Positions 59,201 to 64,000 of a stretch of 64,000 nucleotides of DNA are shown one piece after another; position 1 is the stretch's first letter; each line of letters starts with the position of its first letter. Made by a program: the position numbers and the translations under genes. Below the pieces are notes generated by a model. It made no database searches. It was not told the origin of the DNA and saw nothing but the letters and a program-made list of their open reading frames with translations. Source of the stretch: Antedon mediterranea (taxonomy: Eukaryota; Animalia; Echinodermata); contig NC_092670.1 in the NCBI RefSeq assembly GCF_964355755.1, positions 34,584,388 through 34,648,387 of the forward strand, in the 5' to 3' direction.

Positions 59201-60100
59201 ATTGATTGAGCGTAACACATGTATTGTTAACCTTTTCTATTTCCAGGTCAGGGGATCCTTTTAGATTTAAATGTTCCAACAACTAATTTAGGATCTAGCC
59301 AAGAAGAGGCCTTAACATTTGATGACAGTTATAGAGGTACTAAAAAGTTTCTATTTTCAATTTAAATTCCAAGGATTTTTTTCGTATCATTAATATCAAA
59401 GGTCTCAATCAAAGGAATTGAGCCCATGTGTTGTCAAAATTATTTTACTGCAGTTACTGCAGGAACTTACATATTTAAAGCCTTTATTTAGCAAGATTTC
59501 TTTAGAAAAATATACACACTGTTTGCTGCAATGTCTGCTTTATAAACTTCTACATTTATCACTAAAAAAAGCATAAATTATTGCAGTAAAAAATGTACGG
59601 TAGTTACTGCAGTAGAATAATTTTTACATGATCAGGGGGCAGATGGGGCAGATGTAGCATTTTGAAGTAGGGGTGGGGAGGAGGAGGGCGTACCTTGCTA
59701 GAGAAGTGGGCAAACCTTGGCTGAGGTCCACAGGACCGTCATTTTCCAATACACTCTAAAGCTTGTTTCCAGTTGACATTAAGTTGCGGCGAGTAGTAGG
59801 GTAAAGTAGTTGCTTTGAATTGCGTTGAGTTTTGATTAATGGTGATCATTAAAACTGACCAATAAAATAGTTCACAAATTACGACATCATGTTTGTGGAA
59901 CAACAAATTTGTAGTATGCCCCCTACCGCCCCCCCCCCCCCCCCCCGCTAGATCTGCCACTGCATGATCCCTATATGAGTTACATTACAATTACAATTAA
60001 TTGTTTTCATTCAGGTTATTCTGTGGCTTTTATAACACTTGCTGATGGGAGAAGAGGTTATGTACTCGGTGTTCCAAGAGGGGAAGATCTGCAAGGAATG
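44255..60100 (+). CDS. Integrin alpha chain (no I-domain seen; RGD-binding alphaV/alpha5/alpha8/PS2-like), 5' part, exons 1-8; gene continues beyond the window
   Basis: Exons: 44255-44451 (signal peptide, YNLD, SLFGFSVAQH; alternative ATG at 44288); 45106-45236 (LIVGAP...GAVYRCP); 46192-46277 (DQWLGASV); 47151-47286 (ACAPR...PVGRC...YSPC); 55814-55878 (HCQAG); 56915-56963 (LGAPGSFYWQG); 59247-59336 (FDDSYR); 60015-60100 (GYSVA...GVPR). These are FG-GAP beta-propeller repeats; all junctions are GT-AG and in phase. Confidence 0.95.
46308..46455 (-). mobile_element. Deu/Nin-domain SINE fragment (tail type B)
   Basis: Reverse-complement match to 56030-56205 with two 5-bp insertions. Confidence 0.8.
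48479..48761. repeat. Diverged tandem duplication of about 140 bp
   Basis: TAGTTGAATTT.AAGCCCT...TAGGGGTGGG...TTGATGGGTGA...CCAATCACAATGC...ATCAACAC at 48479-48610 and 48619-48761. Confidence 0.8.
50266..50946. repeat. 22-bp minisatellite, about 31 copies, inside a Tc1/mariner-type MITE (about 50251-51091)
   Basis: Unit TATCTAGAGGACATCCCTACTG. Flanks TACAATAGAA... and ...GTGTCCCTTGAATAGAGCCTCTACTGTA resemble MITE ends. Confidence 0.95.
52014..52168. mobile_element. MITE (AGCTCTGTCTACACTATC family), TAA-flanked
   Basis: TAA|AGCTCTGTCTACACTATC...GATAGTGTAGATAGAGCT|TAA. Confidence 0.85.
52228..52835. repeat. About 96-bp tandem repeat, about 6 copies
   Basis: TGTCCACACTCAGTGATAATATC recurs at 52293, 52383, 52479, 52576, 52671 and 52766. 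Confidence 0.95.
54746..54982. repeat. Short tandem repeat (3 copies of GAGTTAATGAGACAGTTAACTG...TGTGTCTGAA)
   Basis: The motif recurs at about 54746, 54852 and 54926. Confidence 0.8.
55963..56212 (+). mobile_element. Deu/Nin-domain SINE (tail type B)
   Basis: B box GGGTTCGAGGC; core GGATAAGGACTATAAACCGTAGGTCC...CACTTTAAAGAACC...TTCGAGACGAGTAGGGGGTTACCCCGGTG resembles the conserved Deu/Nin SINE domain. Confidence 0.85.
56246..56449. mobile_element. Harbinger-like MITE
   Basis: AGCCTGCTTTCCTGTCGAC...GTCGACAGGAAAACAGGCT. Confidence 0.7.
58140..58525. repeat. About 115-bp tandem repeat, about 3.3 copies
   Basis: TTATGTAGTAACTGAATT...ATTCACTAAACACCCA...GGTCCTGCATGGCTGCAGTAAGTCT at 58171, 58285 and 58403. 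Confidence 0.9.
58552..59132. mobile_element. Tc1/mariner-superfamily MITE
   Basis: TA|CAGTTGAACCT...AGGTTCAACTG|TA, with repeated ACCTCCCGTAAGCGGCC subterminal boxes. Confidence 0.85.
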
Positions 60101-61044
60101 GTATGTTGCAATCAAACTTCTTGAATATAACTAAATGCGCGGCACAAAAAAATAATGGTTATTTGGTGTTATTTTGGCATTGTTTTTTGAAATATTAAAT
60201 CAACTAAATCACACCCATTACTTATTTAATACATCAAGGTTATTAAGGTCAGAGTACTGAAAATATACTTCAAATTAAGCTATTAATAAACACAGAAAAT
60301 ATGGAGTTAATAGAGCTGAAATGAAAATTCTAGAGGGAATTTATTGAAACCAAATTTTATATATTCTTAATGAATATACCAGTTTCTGTCTAGTCTGTTA
60401 GTTTTATGTTTGTTTTGATTGCATTGTTATTCCCTTAGGAAAGCATTCCAACTGCTTTCCTTTTCCCAGATGTGCCCATGTAAGGAAACAGGATATCCAG
60501 GAATTTACGCCATAGACAACATACCTCTTCCCTGTAATAATACATGGTATTTATTCGGCAATTGTCAATGTACAATAGAACAATCCATATATCCTCTCTA
60601 TTTTCCATTTATATATTTTATGAGACTACAATATAGAATTACAATTTATAATTTATAACAGAAAGAGATTTGAACTGCTTAGATATTTTACATAAATCGA
60701 AAGATTAAAAAATGTGCCAGAGAAAAAAAATCCTGCCGCAAACTAATAGGATCTTCTGGTGTGAATTTGATTAAATAAAAAAAAATTAACAATATAAGTA
60801 TTAGATAAAAACATATTTTATATTTTTATTAAGTTGTGAATTAGTAGCTCTTGTGCTCTCTGCTGATCCAATGCTAAATAAATCCACTGAAAATATGTCA
60901 CCATTTACCAACAGGATGTGAATTATAAATAAAAGTTTGAATTTGAATGGTGGTATTAATTTCAAGGTGTCCTAAATCCACAAATCTAAGGACAAACAAA
61001 TTATAGTGCCATGTTTCAAAGTACAGAATGGATTAAATCATGAG

Positions 61045-63806
61045 AAACTAATAGTGTTAACCTACTGTAGACCAAGAGATATACAGTAGTTACTAAAACT
61101 AATAGTGTTAACCTACTGTAGACCAAGAGATATACAGTAGTTACTAAAACTAATAGTGTTAACCTACTGTAGACCAAGAGATATACAGTAGTTACTAAAA
61201 CTACTAGTGTTAACCTACTGTAGACCAAGAGATATACAGTAGTTACTAAAACTAATAGTGTTAACCTACTGTAGACCAAGAGATATACAGTAGTTACTAA
61301 AACTACTAGTGTTAACCTACTGTAGACCAAGAGATATACAGTAGTTACTAAAACTAATAGTGTTAACCTACTGTAGACCAAGAGATATACAGTAGTTACT
61401 AAAACTAATAGTGTTAACCTACTGTAGACCAAGAGATATACAGTAGTTACTAAAACTAATAGTGTTAACCTACTGTAGACCAAGAGATATACAGTAGTTA
61501 CTAAAACTAATAGTGTTAACCTACTGTAGACCAAGAGATATACAGTAGTTACTAAAACTACTAGTGTTAACCTACTGTAGACCAAGAGATATACAGTAGT
61601 TACTAAAACTAATAGTGTTAACCTACTGTAGACCAAGAGATATACAGTAGTTACTAAAACTACTAGTGTTAACCTACTGTAGACCAAGAGATATACAGTA
61701 GTTACTAAAACTAATAGTGTTAACCTACTGTAGACCAAGAGATATACAGTAGTTACTAAAACTACTAGTGTTAACCTACTGTAGACCAAGAGATATACAG
61801 TAGTTACTAAAACTAATAGTGTTAACCTACTGTAGACCAAGAGATATACAGTAGTTACTAAAACTACTAGTGTTAACCTACTGTAGACCAAGAGATATAC
61901 AGTAGTTACTAAAACTACTAGTGTTAACCTACTGTAGACCAAGAGATATACAGTAGTTACTAAAACTACTAGTGTTAACCTACTGTAGACCAAGAGATAT
62001 ACAGTAGTTACTAAAACTACTAGTGTTAACCTACTGCAGACCAAGAGATATACAGTAGTTACTAAAACTACTAGTGTTAACCTACTGTAGACCAAGAGAT
62101 ATACAGTAGTTACTAAAACTACTAGTGTTAACCTACTGTAGACCAAGAGATATACAGTAGTTACTAAAACTACTAGTGTTAACCTACTGTAGACCAAGAG
62201 ATATACAGTAGTTACTAAAACTAATAGTGTTAACCTACTGTAGACCAAGAGATATACAGTAGTTACTAAAACTACTAGTGTTAACCTACTGTAGACCAAG
62301 AGATATACAGTAGTTACTAAAACTAATAGTGTTAACCTACTGTAGACCAAGAGATATACAGTAGTTACTAAAACTACTAGTGTTAACCTACTGTAGACCA
62401 AGAGATATACAGTAGTTACTAAAACTACTAGTGTTAACCTACTGTAGACCAAGAGATATACAGTAGTTACTAAAACTAATAGTGTTAACCTACTGTAGAC
62501 CAAGAGATATACAGTAGTTACTAAAACTAATAGTGTTAACCTACTGTAGACCAAGAGATATACAGTAGTTACTAAAACTAATAGTGTTAACCTACTGTAG
62601 ACCAAGAGATATACAGTAGTTACTAAAACTACTAGTGTTAACCTACTGTAGACCAAGAGATATACAGTAGTTACTAAAACTAATAGTGTTAACCTACTGT
62701 AGACCAAGAGATATACAGTAGTTACTAAAACTACTAGTGTTAACCTACTGTAGACCAAGAGATATACAGTAGTTACTAAAACTACTAGTGTTAACCTACT
62801 GTAGACCAAGAGATATACAGTAGTTACTAAAACTACTAGTGTTAACCTACTGTAGACCAAGAGATATACAGTAGTTACTAAAACTAATAGTGTTAACCTA
62901 CTGTAGACCAAGAGATATACAGTAGTTACTAAAACTAATAGTGTTAACCTACTGTAGACCAAGAGATATACAGTAGTTACTAAAACTAATAGTGTTAACC
63001 TACTGTAGACCAAGAGATATACAGTAGTTACTAAAACTAATAGTGTTAACCTACTGTAGACCAAGAGATATACAGTAGTTACTAAAACTAATAGTGTTAA
63101 CCTACTGTAGACCAAGAGATATACAGTAGTTACTAAAACTAATAGTGTTAACCTACTGTAGACCAAGAGATATACAGTAGTTACTAAAACTACTAGTGTT
63201 AACCTACTGTAGACCAAGAGATATACAGTAGTTACTAAAACTAATAGTGTTAACCTACTGTAGACCAAGAGATATACAGTAGTTACTAAAACTACTAGTG
63301 TTAACCTACTGTAGACCAAGAGATATACAGTAGTTACTAAAACTACTAGTGTTAACCTACTGTAGACCAAGAGATATACAGTAGTTACTAAAACTACTAG
63401 TGTTAACCTATTGTAGACCAAGAGATATACAGTAGTTACTAAAACTACTAGTGTTAACCTACTGTAGACCAAGAGATATACAGTAGTTACTAAAACTACT
63501 AGTGTTAACCTACTGTAGACCAAGAGATATACAGTAGTTACTAAAACTAATAGTGTTAACCTACTGTAGACCAAGAGATATACAGTAGTTACTAAAACTA
63601 CTAGTGTTAACCTACTGTAGACCAAGAGATATACAGTAGTTACTAAAACTAATAGTGTTAACCTACTGTAGACCAAGAGATATACAGTAGTTACTAAAAT
63701 TAATAGTGTTAACCTACTGTAGACCAAGAGATATACAGTAGTTACTAAACTAATAGTGTTAACCTACTGTAGACCAAGAGATATACAGTAGTTACTAAAA
63801 CTAATA
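61045..63806. repeat. Highly homogeneous 51-bp satellite, about 54 copies, in an integrin intron
   Basis: Unit AAACTA[A/C]TAGTGTTAACCTACTGTAGACCAAGAGATATACAGTAGTTACTA. Confidence 0.98.
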
Positions 63807-64000
63807 AAGTATATAAGGAACAAAACACAGAGGAAAAACAATAGCAGCATGAGAAAACAATGCACTCAAAGGGTTTATCTGTGGCTTCGACACGATCAGT
63901 TCCACTCCCTAGACACCGAGCGCCGCTGTGAATATGTACATAGTACAGTGCTGTTGGTATTTGTCGCAGCCAGACTTCAGATCAACAGATAGTTACGAAG

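Noticed and set aside
61016-63727. 903-aa Leu/Val-rich ORF
   Set aside because: Translation of a 51-bp (17-codon) satellite that lacks stops in one frame; it has a non-ATG start, no unique sequence, and lies antisense within an intron.

Overview
AT-rich, intron-containing animal genomic DNA (invertebrate deuterostome-like, possibly an echinoderm; this is an inference). I reconstructed four spliced genes by hand from GT-AG junctions and phase continuity. (1) NKAIN (Na+/K+-ATPase beta-interacting protein), minus strand, 652-22326. (2) A compact, atypical non-RD tyrosine-kinase-like gene, plus strand, 25708-27463. (3) A complete 10-exon polypeptide GalNAc-transferase (GALNT)-like gene, minus strand, 31862-42339, whose metal-binding DxH motif reads DPY. 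(4) The first 8 exons of an integrin alpha chain, plus strand, from 44255, running off the window. Introns and intergenic DNA are dense with non-autonomous DNA transposons (Kolobok-, PIF/Harbinger-, Mutator- and Tc1/mariner/pogo-like MITEs), Deu/Nin-domain tRNA SINEs, LINE relics and minisatellites. The 903-aa ORF at 61016-63727 is a by-product of a 51-bp satellite. The most striking observations are pervasive TA-site micro-insertions (TA-CAG-TA, TA-CTG-TA, TA-CGG-TA, TA-GGCC-TA), which can be shown as insertions by comparing repeat copies within the window; an intact but possibly pseudo-catalytic GALNT; a kinase gene bracketed by diverged direct repeats; a palindrome built from two tRNA-like heads; and satellites built from MITE-end motifs. 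Coordinates were counted by eye and may be off by a few bases, especially for repeats.
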